IMG/VR virus record: IMGVR_UViG_3300034782_000041
Location: 10,407 to 74,406 of that record
DNA length: 64,000 nt
Source: a virus
Reading direction: 5' to 3' (one strand)
Below the pieces are notes generated by a model. That model had not been told where the DNA came from, made no database searches, and saw only the letters and a program-made list of their open reading frames with translations. The translations under genes and the position numbers were made by a program. Shown here piece after piece: positions 48,235 to 57,570 of this stretch. Positions within the stretch are counted from its first letter, which is position 1. Each line of letters opens with the position of its first letter.

Positions 48235-50256
48235 ATGAATCTGATCGACGAAACATTCTGCCGCGGTGGCTATCTGGCCCGTCAAGCGCCTGACGATTAC
48301 GAAGTACGTGATGGGCAGGTCGCGCTCTCACACAAGGTGCGTGCGGCGATGGAGCAAGAGTGCGTGTTGCTCACAGAAGCACCCTGTGGCTCCGGGAAGG
48401 GCTTCGCCTATGCCGTGCCAGCCATTGAACGCGCACAGCAGGAAGGGAAACGTACGGTCATCGTCACGGCCAATATCGCGCTGCAATCGCAGCTCATAGA
48501 GAAGGACCTTCCAGCACTCGCGACCGCATTACCAGGAGACTTCACCTTTGCTCTCTTGAAGGGCCGTAGCAACTTCTACTGTCCTGAGAAGGCAACCAGA
48601 ACGGATGCTGCACGAAGTGTGTGGGGTCCTAGATTCGGTCAGATGTTCGGTTTGACGAGCGAACAGGTTAAGCGGGTCGAGGCGGGGCTAGCGTGGGGGC
48701 AAGTGACGCCGACCGGCGACCGTGAGAGCTTCCCCGACGACGTAGTAGCGCCCGCGTCGGAAGACGGTGTATGGCACTTGCTGTCCGCAGGCGAAGGCGA
48801 ATGCCTTGGCAACGGCTGTAGCTTTGCGCGAGAAGGGAAGTGTTGGGCCAACAATCATCGCACAGCAGCGCAGCAAGCTCAGATCATCGTCACCAACTAC
48901 CATGTGCTCTACGCACACGCGAAGATCTGCGGTTGGAGCGCATCCCAGGGCATCTTGCCGCAGATCGACAATCTAGTTCTCGACGAAGCTCATGAGGCCG
49001 CACGCATCGCACGTGAGTTTTTCGGTATACGAATCTCTTACGCGCGTTTTAGGCGTATCGCTGAGTTGCTCAAACACAGTCTGGCCTTCTCCGATAGGCA
49101 AACGACGCGTTTTGTCCAGAGCGGTCAGCAACTCATAGCGGCCATCGAGGACTACTACCACACGATGGAGTATCGTGCGTGGCAATACATTCATCGCCCC
49201 AACACAGTAGACGTCGAGTACACGTTGAACGTGCTGGAAACCATCGGAGATCAGGTTTCGTCCATCGCGGCTGATGCAGAGCGCTCAAAGGATTACGAAA
49301 CATATAACAAGGCAATGGTAGCTACACGGCGAATCGTGGCGTTGACTACTGACGTTCATGAGGTCTTCCGTGAGCCGAGCGCCGACAAGGTCTACTGGAT
49401 CGAGGTCAGCAAAGATCATCCAACGCGTGTTGAAGGGCGCTACCTGGACGTCGCCGACGTATTCCGATCATCGGTTCGCCCGCTTACGCAGTCACTTACG
49501 TTGACGTCAGCCACGCTGACAGCGGCAGGAAGCTTCGACTTGGTGCGGAGCGAGTTGGGTATATCCGATGCGATGACGTACATCGCTGAGTCGCCGTTCG
49601 ACTTCCATGCCAACACACGCCTAGTGGTGATGAGCGAAGAGGAGATCGTACCGGCGAGCAAAAACCGGGAAGCGTTCAACGAAGCTACGTTGCCGGTCTA
49701 CGAAGAAATCTTCGATTTCTGGTCTGGTCGAATCCTTTGTCTGTTCACGGCAAAAACAGACCTCGATTGGTTGCATGCCAAACTCGCGAATCAGGGTGAG
49801 CGCAACGTTTTCAAGCAGGGTGATGCACCGCGTCCGCAGCTCGCGCAGTGGTTCCGCGAAGATCCTCAATCGATACTGATGGGAGTTGACAGCTTCTGGA
49901 CAGGCATCGACGTACCGGGCCCGAAGGCGATCATCATCCACAAGTTGCCCTTTCCCTACCCAGACGTCGTACTCAAGGCAATCCAGAGGCGACTGCCGCA
50001 GGACGTCTACTTCAAGCAACGGTACTACCCCTGGATGATCACGAAGCTCAAACAAGGATGCGGACGTCTGCTTCGTCGAAGAGGAGACTACGGATTCATC
50101 GTTTGCATGGATCGCCGCATGACCGACAAATGGGCCTACGCTAGCTTGATTCGTCGTAGCCTCCCCTTCGGCGAACCGATCCGCACGGACGAACTCTACC
50201 TCCTCGAACCCTTCCTGAAGCAATATGATGACCAGGCTGAAGCCGTTGCCGTCTGA
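48235..50256 (+). CDS. DinG/XPD-family (Rad3-like) Fe-S helicase
   Basis: Start ATG 48235 directly after upstream stop (tgacATG); Walker A TEAPCGSGKG, DEAH box LVLDEAHEAA, Fe-S cysteines CLGNGCSFAREGKCW, C-terminal motif VI GIDVPGPKAIIIHKLPFP. Confidence 0.7.
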   Translation: MNLIDETFCRGGYLARQAPDDYEVRDGQVALSHKVRAAMEQECVLLTEAPCGSGKGFAYAVPAIERAQQEGKRTVIVTANIALQSQLIEKDLPALATALPGDFTFALLKGRSNFYCPEKATRTDAARSVWGPRFGQMFGLTSEQVKRVEAGLAWGQVTPTGDRESFPDDVVAPASEDGVWHLLSAGEGECLGNGCSFAREGKCWANNHRTAAQQAQIIVTNYHVLYAHAKICGWSASQGILPQIDNLVLDEAHEAARIAREFFGIRISYARFRRIAELLKHSLAFSDRQTTRFVQSGQQLIAAIEDYYHTMEYRAWQYIHRPNTVDVEYTLNVLETIGDQVSSIAADAERSKDYETYNKAMVATRRIVALTTDVHEVFREPSADKVYWIEVSKDHPTRVEGRYLDVADVFRSSVRPLTQSLTLTSATLTAAGSFDLVRSELGISDAMTYIAESPFDFHANTRLVVMSEEEIVPASKNREAFNEATLPVYEEIFDFWSGRILCLFTAKTDLDWLHAKLANQGERNVFKQGDAPRPQLAQWFREDPQSILMGVDSFWTGIDVPGPKAIIIHKLPFPYPDVVLKAIQRRLPQDVYFKQRYYPWMITKLKQGCGRLLRRRGDYGFIVCMDRRMTDKWAYASLIRRSLPFGEPIRTDELYLLEPFLKQYDDQAEAVAV

Positions 50257-51097
50257 GTTGCCCGAGCGTGCGCATGCGAAGCCCATTGTCCGGTGGGTAG
50301 GCGGCAAACGCTGGCTCGTGCCCATTGTTTCAGACGTGGCCTACGCGCATCTGCAAAGCACTGGTGGACGGTACATCGAGCCCTTCCTTGGAGGTGGCGC
50401 AGTCGCAGCAGACCTCGGGCTACCCAACATGCTGCTCGCAGATCTTTGTGAACCGCTGATCAATGCCTTCGAGCAACTGTGTCGCAACCGAGACGTTGTG
50501 CTCTGGTCGCTCAAGAACTATCGACGGCGTGGGACGGACGCAGACGCGTACTACAAGATCCGCGCGGAGCATCCCCAAGGGAAGGTTCAACGCGCGGCCT
50601 GGTTTCTCTACATGAACGCGACTGGCTTCAACGGCGTCTACCGCGAGAACTCGAAGGGCGAGTACAACGTGCCGCACGGATCTCGGAAGTCGCAGAAGCC
50701 ATCATTTCTCACGCAGACGAAAGCAGATCCTTTCATCGCTGCCATCCGTAGCTCTGAGCTTACCGCTGCGGACTTCCGTCAGGTGATTCGCCGTGCTGGC
50801 GCCGGTGACTTCTTGTTCGTGGACCCGCCGTACTACGGCGTCTTCTCGAACTACCTCAAAGAAGGTTTTAGCGTCGGTGACCATGCAGCTCTCGCCGACG
50901 AGCTACAGGATGCTGCAAAGCGCGGTGCCGCATTCGTTGCAGCCAACAACGATCTACCTGAAGTACGCAAGCTCTATCGTTGGGCACACCTTACGCGTAC
51001 AGGCGAGCTTCGCCGTGTGAATTGCGACGCGAAGAAACGTGGCAAAGTCGCTTGTTTGCTCATCACTTCACATCGAAACGTGCTGCGACAGCAGTAG
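50225..51097 (+). CDS. DNA N6-adenine methyltransferase (Dam-like)
   Basis: RWVGGKRWL N-terminal motif, SAM-binding FLGGGA, catalytic DPPY. Confidence 0.7.
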   Translation: MMTRLKPLPSELPERAHAKPIVRWVGGKRWLVPIVSDVAYAHLQSTGGRYIEPFLGGGAVAADLGLPNMLLADLCEPLINAFEQLCRNRDVVLWSLKNYRRRGTDADAYYKIRAEHPQGKVQRAAWFLYMNATGFNGVYRENSKGEYNVPHGSRKSQKPSFLTQTKADPFIAAIRSSELTAADFRQVIRRAGAGDFLFVDPPYYGVFSNYLKEGFSVGDHAALADELQDAAKRGAAFVAANNDLPEVRKLYRWAHLTRTGELRRVNCDAKKRGKVACLLITSHRNVLRQQ

Positions 51098-51150
51098 CGA
51101 TTTGATCGGATCCGCGATCAACGACTTGACTCGGTCTTGGGGTCCGTGAC

Positions 51151-51420
51151 ATGTTGGATCACACAAACCCTAACGAGGTCGCGAAGTTGGCGGAAAAGAA
51201 GAAACAGGGCCCCATCGGAATGCAGTGCGTGAAGTGGCACATGCGCAATGGGAAGCCCTGGCGCTGCGCTCGCTTCCGGCCGCCAGAAACGCCGACGGCA
51301 AGCAGTCCGGCAAAGCCGAAGTCGAAACCGAAGCCAAAGCGGCAACGCAAAGCGAAGCAACGCAAAGCGAAGGTTGTGGCTACGCGCAAGCCCTCTGCGA
51401 CGAAGGCAAAGACCAAGTAG
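51151..51420 (+). CDS. small highly basic protein (Lys/Arg-rich tail)
   Basis: 89 aa; C-terminal PAKPKSKPKPKRQRKAKQRKAKVVATRKPSATKAKTK. Confidence 0.4.
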   Translation: MLDHTNPNEVAKLAEKKKQGPIGMQCVKWHMRNGKPWRCARFRPPETPTASSPAKPKSKPKPKRQRKAKQRKAKVVATRKPSATKAKTK

Positions 51421-51429
51421 GAGGTCAAG

Positions 51430-51540
51430 ATGGCACGCAGATGCAAATTCGGGAAGCTGAAGAAGCCGTATCGCGATTCGAGCGGTCGGATGCACTACTG
51501 CAAGAAGGCTCGCAAGAAGAGTCGTCGGCGCCGCAAGTAA
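51430..51540 (+). CDS. 36-aa arginine/lysine-rich peptide (protamine-like)
   Basis: MARRCKFGKLKKPYRDSSGRMHYCKKARKKSRRRRK; strong ribosome-binding site taGGAGGtcaag 4 nt upstream. Confidence 0.4.
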   Translation: MARRCKFGKLKKPYRDSSGRMHYCKKARKKSRRRRK

Positions 51541-51588
51541 CGCGCTGATCACCTATCATCACCGGAACGCAACCACGAGGGAGACATC

Positions 51589-51693
51589 ATGGCACGTCGT
51601 CGTAGACCAAAAGTCGCTACCTGCGCCAAGAAGTGCAAAGGCAAGAAGATGCGCGCATTCCGCGCGTGTGTTCGTCGCTGCGCCAAGAAGTAG
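51589..51693 (+). CDS. 34-aa arginine/lysine-rich peptide (protamine-like), paralog-like
   Basis: MARRRRPKVATCAKKCKGKKMRAFRACVRRCAKK; ribosome-binding site GAGGGAGA upstream; shares MARR start and Cys spacing with previous peptide. Confidence 0.4.
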   Translation: MARRRRPKVATCAKKCKGKKMRAFRACVRRCAKK

Positions 51694-51782
51694 GTCAAGC
51701 GTCCAACGACGGAAGGCGGCGTACGGGCCCTAGGCTCGCGCGCCGTCTTTCGTTTAGGGCTCAATCAGTATAGTATTGGTGT

Positions 51783-52199
51783 ATGCGCAAGATCGGTTCG
51801 ATTGGCGACGTCAACCCCATCGAGTACGGTGGCGGGTACATCTTCAGCGCGCCGGATATTGACGGTCCGTGGGTCGAGTACTACTACGGGATGGAGTCGG
51901 AGCTGCCAAACGTAGAAGAGGACCCCGAGGACGTACCTCACCTTCTGGCCACCGTCTACCGTGTCGATCTGCATAGCAACGCCCGCGAGTTTCTCAACTG
52001 GTACGACTGGATTGATTGGGAAGACGTTGCTGACTCCACAGGTCAGGACGTGGACGTGTATCGACCTTCGCGCTTGAAGTCAGTGCGTGACCGCGCATTC
52101 GCGATTTGGGACGCCGCCAGTCATTACGGCTGGCACGAATTCGATCAGTATCCGCTTCAGCTGACCCTCGGCGAATTGATGCGCCGTTGGGCCTACTGA
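51783..52199 (+). CDS. hypothetical protein
   Basis: 138-aa ORF, Trp/Tyr-rich. Confidence 0.4.
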   Translation: MRKIGSIGDVNPIEYGGGYIFSAPDIDGPWVEYYYGMESELPNVEEDPEDVPHLLATVYRVDLHSNAREFLNWYDWIDWEDVADSTGQDVDVYRPSRLKSVRDRAFAIWDAASHYGWHEFDQYPLQLTLGELMRRWAY

Positions 52200-52215
52200 G
52201 GAGAAAGAGCCCGCG

Positions 52216-52533
52216 ATGCTTACACAGACCCACTGGAAAGAGACGTTCGAGTACGAGCCCTGGAATCCAGCACAGCGAGGCGTCGTTCACTACACGGGCC
52301 TTCCTGGCGGCTACTCGACGTTCTACTACAACCAGATTCCCAACACGACGACCCTCGTCGGGCCTGAGTTGCCGCGCTACATGGATCCGCAAAGCGGCGA
52401 GACCATCACGGTTGTGCCCCCCGTTTTCGGGCAAGCAGAGCAAGGCTACAGCGCGAAACGCTTGGCGCTCTACGCTGCGCTTGCTGCCGTTATCGGTGCG
52501 GGCGCCGGCTACCTCGCCTCGCGCGTGGTTTGA
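52216..52533 (+). CDS. hypothetical protein with C-terminal transmembrane helix
   Basis: 105 aa; LALYAALAAVIGAGAGYLASRVV. Confidence 0.4.
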   Translation: MLTQTHWKETFEYEPWNPAQRGVVHYTGLPGGYSTFYYNQIPNTTTLVGPELPRYMDPQSGETITVVPPVFGQAEQGYSAKRLALYAALAAVIGAGAGYLASRVV

Positions 52534-52775
52534 ATTGGCAGAGGATGCGTCAGGGCGAGAAGTGTGCCCCCAGCTGGGCAATGAGACTCAACACAAAACG
52601 GCGCGATGGTTTCTACGAGATCACGTATGGAAACACCTATTGGCAAGTCGAACGGGTTGGGCGTGAGTGGAAACGTAGGCAATGGTACGGGCCCATCTTG
52701 GGTTGGGGCATTGCGACAATGCATCCCACACTGAGAGATGCGAAGGAGTCCATAGTTGATGAGGGGTGGGGGTGA
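52530..52775 (+). CDS. hypothetical protein
   Basis: 81-aa ORF, ATGA overlap with upstream. Confidence 0.35.
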   Translation: MNWQRMRQGEKCAPSWAMRLNTKRRDGFYEITYGNTYWQVERVGREWKRRQWYGPILGWGIATMHPTLRDAKESIVDEGWG

Positions 52776-52846
52776 TGGACAGACCCGAGCAGTATCCCTA
52801 CGGCTACTGGCTCGAAACCCCGGCCAAGAAGCACAGGAGAAGGTAA

Positions 52847-53350
52847 ATGCCCAGCGTCTTCACTCTGGAAGGCCCCAATCTGGCCCTGCTGGGGCCAAAT
52901 CCGGGCGCCTACGCGTTCGTTGACTGGGCGTCGTCTGTGGGCGCTGCTCAGCCAACGCCCCTCAGAGGCGATTCTGAGCCCTCTCCGAGCCCTCTGAGCC
53001 TCCGATTGGCACTTGCCCTTGGGGCCGTAGGAATCCTGGGTGCAGCGGTGGGTTTTGGGCTCTGTCAGCGACGACGTCAGCACGGGCTCGCCGCTACCCG
53101 TGGACAGGCGCTTCCAGGATGCTCCGATTTGGGTCGAATCAAGGGACTCTTCGCTGACCGACTAACACCCAAGCGAAAAGCCCAAGAGATGATCCTGTGC
53201 CAAATCCACAGCCTAGAAAGCGATAGCGATTGGGCTTATTACGAGGAGATGGACGGTATGACCCAACGCGAGGTGGAGTTGGTCAGCGATCAGATCACGA
53301 AACAACGTGACCGCATCGCGAAGCTGTTCAGGTACGATCCCTGGGCGTAA
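52847..53350 (+). CDS. hypothetical membrane protein
   Basis: 167 aa; hydrophobic segment LALALGAVGILGAAVGFGL. Confidence 0.4.
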   Translation: MPSVFTLEGPNLALLGPNPGAYAFVDWASSVGAAQPTPLRGDSEPSPSPLSLRLALALGAVGILGAAVGFGLCQRRRQHGLAATRGQALPGCSDLGRIKGLFADRLTPKRKAQEMILCQIHSLESDSDWAYYEEMDGMTQREVELVSDQITKQRDRIAKLFRYDPWA

Positions 53351-53369
53351 TTGATTTGGGGCACAATCG

Positions 53370-53654
53370 ATGACACCAGCTGAGATACAGAAGTACGCCG
53401 CCGAGCGGTATAGAACGGCTGCGCAGCAAGCCCACAAAGGTGCGTGTCGTTGGGCGAAGAACGCCTTCGAGGACGCTTTCAGGTATCAGCGGATGCTACG
53501 CGAGAGCTACATCGGCGACACGTTGTTTCGCTACATGATCAACGCAGACCGCGCCTACGCGAAGAACTGCGGTGACGGTGAGCACCTGATGCCGCCGCAT
53601 CTAGGCAAGCGCAAAAAACGGGATCGCCCGGCCTATCGGCTCTACCGCTACTGA
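53370..53654 (+). CDS. hypothetical protein
   Basis: 94-aa ORF. Confidence 0.35.
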   Translation: MTPAEIQKYAAERYRTAAQQAHKGACRWAKNAFEDAFRYQRMLRESYIGDTLFRYMINADRAYAKNCGDGEHLMPPHLGKRKKRDRPAYRLYRY

Positions 53655-53667
53655 CGGAAGGCATGAG

Positions 53668-54021
53668 ATGACCTATCGAAGCAAGCCGCGTCCAGCGCAT
53701 CCGATAACAAAGGCCAAGATCGCTGACTTGGCGTTGGACATGATCGCGCACTCGTACCGCACCTACAATTCGATGCGCGCTGAAATGGAAAAACGCGGTG
53801 TGCGCTACAGCAGCCACGAGCCGTGTTGGAGTGTTGGTGAGGTCACCGACATGTTGCGCCAGCAATCAATGCCAGCCGACTTCGAGTTCGCGTCGAAACG
53901 CCGACAGCGAACGATGGTACGTATCGTGTTGGAAAAGCTGCGCCGCGAGGGACGACTATCGTCTTCGATAGGTAGCGTGCCGGGCCGTAGACGTGAGATA
54001 CGCTGTTACGAGCCCGCGTAG
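53668..54021 (+). CDS. hypothetical protein
   Basis: 117-aa ORF. Confidence 0.35.
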   Translation: MTYRSKPRPAHPITKAKIADLALDMIAHSYRTYNSMRAEMEKRGVRYSSHEPCWSVGEVTDMLRQQSMPADFEFASKRRQRTMVRIVLEKLRREGRLSSSIGSVPGRRREIRCYEPA

Positions 54022-54163
54022 AGAATTGCAGCGCGGTCGCCAACCGACATCTGCACGAGCTTGCGCTTGCACCCCTATCACATCCTGCACATCCCGTACA
54101 TCCCACACACCGCCCATGCGCGGACCGTAGCACCCGGATGTGACACCGTGATACCGTAGTGCG

Positions 54164-54511
54164 ATGAACGCACGTATCGAGCTGCTATGCGTGAACATCC
54201 GCCACGGAGCGACCTACGCAGAGGGGTGCGCGGCAGCAGCTACGCAGATGATGTGGCAACGGGCTGACACAATCGCGAGCCAGTATCAAGGCAGCGTCCA
54301 GTGGAGCTACCACGACGACGAGGGAATGACCTACGGCGATGCGTATGCCTACGTTCCGGTGCGTCACCTAGAGGCTGTACTAGACGCGTTCGACGCCGAC
54401 CAGGTCACCTATGACTACGTGGATCTCCCTCGTAGAACGCCGCAGGCTTTCGCTCAGCGGATTGTCGCGCGCTATCCACGCGGCTCTGGTGTGCGTGTCA
54501 CCACTCGCTAG
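54164..54511 (+). CDS. hypothetical protein
   Basis: 115-aa ORF. Confidence 0.35.
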   Translation: MNARIELLCVNIRHGATYAEGCAAAATQMMWQRADTIASQYQGSVQWSYHDDEGMTYGDAYAYVPVRHLEAVLDAFDADQVTYDYVDLPRRTPQAFAQRIVARYPRGSGVRVTTR

Positions 54512-54563
54512 TCGGGATGGCTGGAATCGCACCAGCCCCCGAGGCCCAAACGGAATTGGCGCC

Positions 54564-56024
54564 TTACTCGACCCAGGTCAGGACGCTCTTTGCGCGAGTC
54601 ACCGCAACGTAGCGGATGTTGTCCTCTTCGAGGGCAGTACCAACAGGACGGAAGGTGCTCGACAACAGGAATGCGCGGTCAGCTTCGAGGCCCTTGGCCT
54701 TGTGAACCGTACTGCACACGATCTTCGGCCGGTGGCCGTTCGAGTCCTCAAACAGCTCGTCGAGACGGGTCTTCAGCTCCTCGACGTTGGCGAGACCTTC
54801 GGCCAGCAGACGAAGGGTTTCAGCCTTGTCCTCGATAGTCTCGACACGCGTCTCGGCGTTCTTGTCGCTGCTCTTGCGAGCACGGGCGACCTCGCGCTCC
54901 TCCCAGGCCGTGAGCTTCTCCAGAAGGCTCGCGATGGACTTGCGGGCAGGGCCCGTTGCGAGCTTCTTGACCAGGGCGAGCAGCCCGGCGCCGATGTCAC
55001 GGCCCTCGATGCGGGCACGCTTGCCGAGGCGCAGGCACTTGAGGCAGACGCTCACGAGCGGCGCGTTGGTGCGGCTCAGGATGAAGTCACCCTCGACGGC
55101 CGTCTCAGCAAGCTTGGTCTTGGGGAGCGTGGTGATCTCGCCCTCGGGCGCGGTCGGCGCGGCCTCGTAGTCGGGAACGAGCTGAGCGGCCTCGGCCACG
55201 ATGACCTTGCCACAGCGATAGGTCGTGGTGAGCTTCAGCTCGGCCGCGTTCAGCTCAGCCTTGAGCCGGCTGATGCTCTCGGAGTCGGCGCCGCGGAAGC
55301 CGTAGATGGCCTGACGGTTGTCGCCGATGACAGCGATGCGGCCGCCGCGCTTGCAGGCCTTCATCGCGAGCGTGATCTGGGCGGCGTTCATATCCTGGCA
55401 CTCGTCGATGATCACGAGGTTGTACCAGGCGCGGGTGAGCTGCCGACGCACGGGGATGAACACCATGTCGTCGAAGTCGATGCTGCCGTCGCGGTCACAA
55501 GCCTTGTCCATCGCCTTGAGGGCGTGGCGCTCGACATAGGCGAGGTCGTAGCCGTCGCGCTCCCACTCCTCATCGGGTACGCAGTCATGGTCGTACGCGA
55601 TGTCGGTCAGGTCGCCCATCTTCTCGGCGAACGGCGCCATGCCCTTGCCACGCGAGGCGAGCTTGGCGACGAGCGACACGATGTCCTCGGGGACGTCCTG
55701 GCCGCAGACGTCGCGCGCGATCTTGTAGCCGCGCTGCCCGTCCACGCGGAGGCGACGGTCGTACTGGCGGAGGAATGCGAAGCCGAGCGCGTGCAGCGTC
55801 TTGGCCTCTGCATTGCGGTTCGTGATCTTGGTCTGAAGCTCGGTCGCGATCTTCTTGTTGAAGGCCGCGAACAGGATGCTGCGCTCGGGGGCGCGGTTGG
55901 CGCCTTCGAGCACGGTCGTGGTCTTGCCGGTGCCCGCGCGGGCGACCACCACCAGGTTGCCGTGCCCGTGCTCGAACCAGCTGAAGATTTCTTCCTGTTG
56001 TTCGCTCCAGTTCCAGGTTCCCAT
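54564..56024 (-). CDS. superfamily-1 DNA helicase (UvrD/Dda-like)
   Basis: Walker A VVARAGTGKTTTV near N-terminus, motif II VIIDECQDMN, 486 aa. Confidence 0.7.
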   Translation of the reverse strand: MGTWNWSEQQEEIFSWFEHGHGNLVVVARAGTGKTTTVLEGANRAPERSILFAAFNKKIATELQTKITNRNAEAKTLHALGFAFLRQYDRRLRVDGQRGYKIARDVCGQDVPEDIVSLVAKLASRGKGMAPFAEKMGDLTDIAYDHDCVPDEEWERDGYDLAYVERHALKAMDKACDRDGSIDFDDMVFIPVRRQLTRAWYNLVIIDECQDMNAAQITLAMKACKRGGRIAVIGDNRQAIYGFRGADSESISRLKAELNAAELKLTTTYRCGKVIVAEAAQLVPDYEAAPTAPEGEITTLPKTKLAETAVEGDFILSRTNAPLVSVCLKCLRLGKRARIEGRDIGAGLLALVKKLATGPARKSIASLLEKLTAWEEREVARARKSSDKNAETRVETIEDKAETLRLLAEGLANVEELKTRLDELFEDSNGHRPKIVCSTVHKAKGLEADRAFLLSSTFRPVGTALEEDNIRYVAVTRAKSVLTWVE

Positions 56025-56136
56025 CTCGTCTCCTTCGCCCCTCGGGGCCGTCTTATAGTGAGACGAGGTACACGACCGGATATTCTAATCGCGGACGCGA
56101 TTCGTCTTGAAAATATATCGTAGCAGTTTTGGCAGG

Positions 56137-56547
56137 TTACGGCCCTGGATAGAGGATTCTTGACGGGCCTGGCCTGCGTGTCCAACCGACGGCAAAGGAT
56201 CCGAGCGCGGCAGCTACCCCGACCGCTGTCGCTACGCCGATTGCAGTCTTTCGGCTGTAGCGCTTCTTTTGACCTACGCGGGCGAGCACTGCTTGCAGCT
56301 CTGCCGCGGGCCCGAGCGACGTCCGTGCTCCAACAACCGTCGTCGGAAATTCGGGGATGCTGACGCGGAATTCCTTGTTGAGCTGATCGATGAATATCGA
56401 CGAAACCCAACCGCGGCCGTTCTCGATCCAGAATTCATGGGGTGCCACATTGAGTTCGTAGACGAACACGTTTGCACTCGGTGGTAGTGCCTCTACGAAT
56501 GCGCGGAACCGTTGGAGAGCTTCAAGGGCAGTAGTGGACGCGGGCAT
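56137..56547 (-). CDS. hypothetical protein
   Basis: 136-aa ORF. Confidence 0.35.
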   Translation of the reverse strand: MPASTTALEALQRFRAFVEALPPSANVFVYELNVAPHEFWIENGRGWVSSIFIDQLNKEFRVSIPEFPTTVVGARTSLGPAAELQAVLARVGQKKRYSRKTAIGVATAVGVAAALGSFAVGWTRRPGPSRILYPGP

Positions 56548-56559
56548 AGTGCCAGCGTA

Positions 56560-57246
56560 TCACATCATGGCTGCCTCAACGAACTCCTTGAAGTACGGCA
56601 GGCGTAGCAGCGTTTCGCAGATTCCGCCGGGGCCACTCCACTCGGGCATTCGGTGGTTGTGCCGCGACCGGTACATCGCAAGGCCGGTCTCGTATGAGAA
56701 CGAGTAGGTGGCCATCTGCAAGAAACCTTCGGGAAGCCGGCGCTTCATGTGAGCGAGCAACGCGACGCCTTCGTAGTCTTGGCCGTTGGCGGCGTGATAC
56801 GCGCGGTGTTCGCGGTAAGCTGCGCCCATCGCGTTTTGTTCCCCCAATACGTCAGCATTCACGTCGCTGTCCTGGAAGTCACTGGGTTCCAGATCGCGGC
56901 TGCCAAGCTTGTGCATGGTCGAGCAACTGTTCCGCACTGTCGCCACTTTGTAAGTGTCCAGCTCTTGCCAGACACAACGCGGAATTGTGATGTCCCACCA
57001 GACCATGATCTGACGCAGAAACTTGCGGTGGTCGGTACCTGCTTTGATGAGCTTGCAGGCGCGCTGCATGTCCTTCGGCCCAATCAGCGGGCGCTCCGGG
57101 CAAGTGAGGTGAGCAAACATTTCTTGTTCTCTCTCCTCCCAATACTGATTGAACTGCGTGTCGGACTTGTCCCAGCTGTTCATCGGATTGCGCATGCCGC
57201 GAAGGGCCGCCTCGAAACCATACACGTGAATCCGTTCAATGTTCAT
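56560..57246 (-). CDS. hypothetical protein with weak Thy1/ThyX-like architecture (divergent motifs)
   Basis: 228 aa; N-terminal IERIHVYGFEAALRGM resembles ThyX start (I.vLdkGfVeLvd.MG); RSRHNHRMPEW near C-terminus; canonical RHR..S.RY motif not found. Confidence 0.3.
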   Translation of the reverse strand: MNIERIHVYGFEAALRGMRNPMNSWDKSDTQFNQYWEEREQEMFAHLTCPERPLIGPKDMQRACKLIKAGTDHRKFLRQIMVWWDITIPRCVWQELDTYKVATVRNSCSTMHKLGSRDLEPSDFQDSDVNADVLGEQNAMGAAYREHRAYHAANGQDYEGVALLAHMKRRLPEGFLQMATYSFSYETGLAMYRSRHNHRMPEWSGPGGICETLLRLPYFKEFVEAAMM

Positions 57247-57462
57247 CTAGCTTCCCTCTGTGAGTTGGTTGATTCGTCGCGACAGATACCACTGCGCCTT
57301 CTGAAGGTCTTCTAGCTCGTTTCCTTTGTGGCGTGCGCGCGCAACGTACTTCACTACGTTGCCTTCGTGAAAACCTAGCTGCCAGGCCTCGATCGCGTCG
57401 ATGACTTCGATGCGACTGAACGCGTAGTGTGCTGGATGGTTCACTGCTTCTTTCGGCGTCAT
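57247..57462 (-). CDS. DUF3310-like protein (start trimmed to avoid tRNA)
   Basis: PAHYAFSRIEVIDAIEAWQLGFHEGNVVKYVARARHKGNELEDLQKAQWYLSRRI matches DUF3310 pattern; the six-frame ORF N-terminal 20 codons translate the adjacent tRNA. Confidence 0.45.
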   Translation of the reverse strand: MTPKEAVNHPAHYAFSRIEVIDAIEAWQLGFHEGNVVKYVARARHKGNELEDLQKAQWYLSRRINQLTEGS

Positions 57463-57473
57463 CGATCCTCCGG

Positions 57474-57546
57474 TACACCCGGAGGGAATCGAACCCCCAC
57501 CTTGCAGCTCCACAGACTGCACGCTCGGCCTTCGAGCTACGGGTGT
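57474..57546 (-). tRNA. isolated tRNA with anticodon GUG (His-like) but no G-1
   Basis: Perfect acceptor ACACCCG/CGGGTGT, D-arm GCTC-GAAGGCC-GAGC, anticodon stem GCAGT/GCTGC loop CUGUGGA, T-arm GGGGG-TTCGATT-CCCTC, A73. Confidence 0.45.
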
Positions 57547-57570
57547 GTGGTCTGCGACGCTACCACACGG

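Noticed and set aside
54411-56410. Plus-strand 570-aa ORF and minus-strand 267-aa ORF overlapping the UvrD-like helicase
   Set aside because: The 570-aa product is Gly/Leu/Ala/Val/Asp-rich low-complexity antisense. The true gene on the minus strand has Walker A and DExQ motifs.
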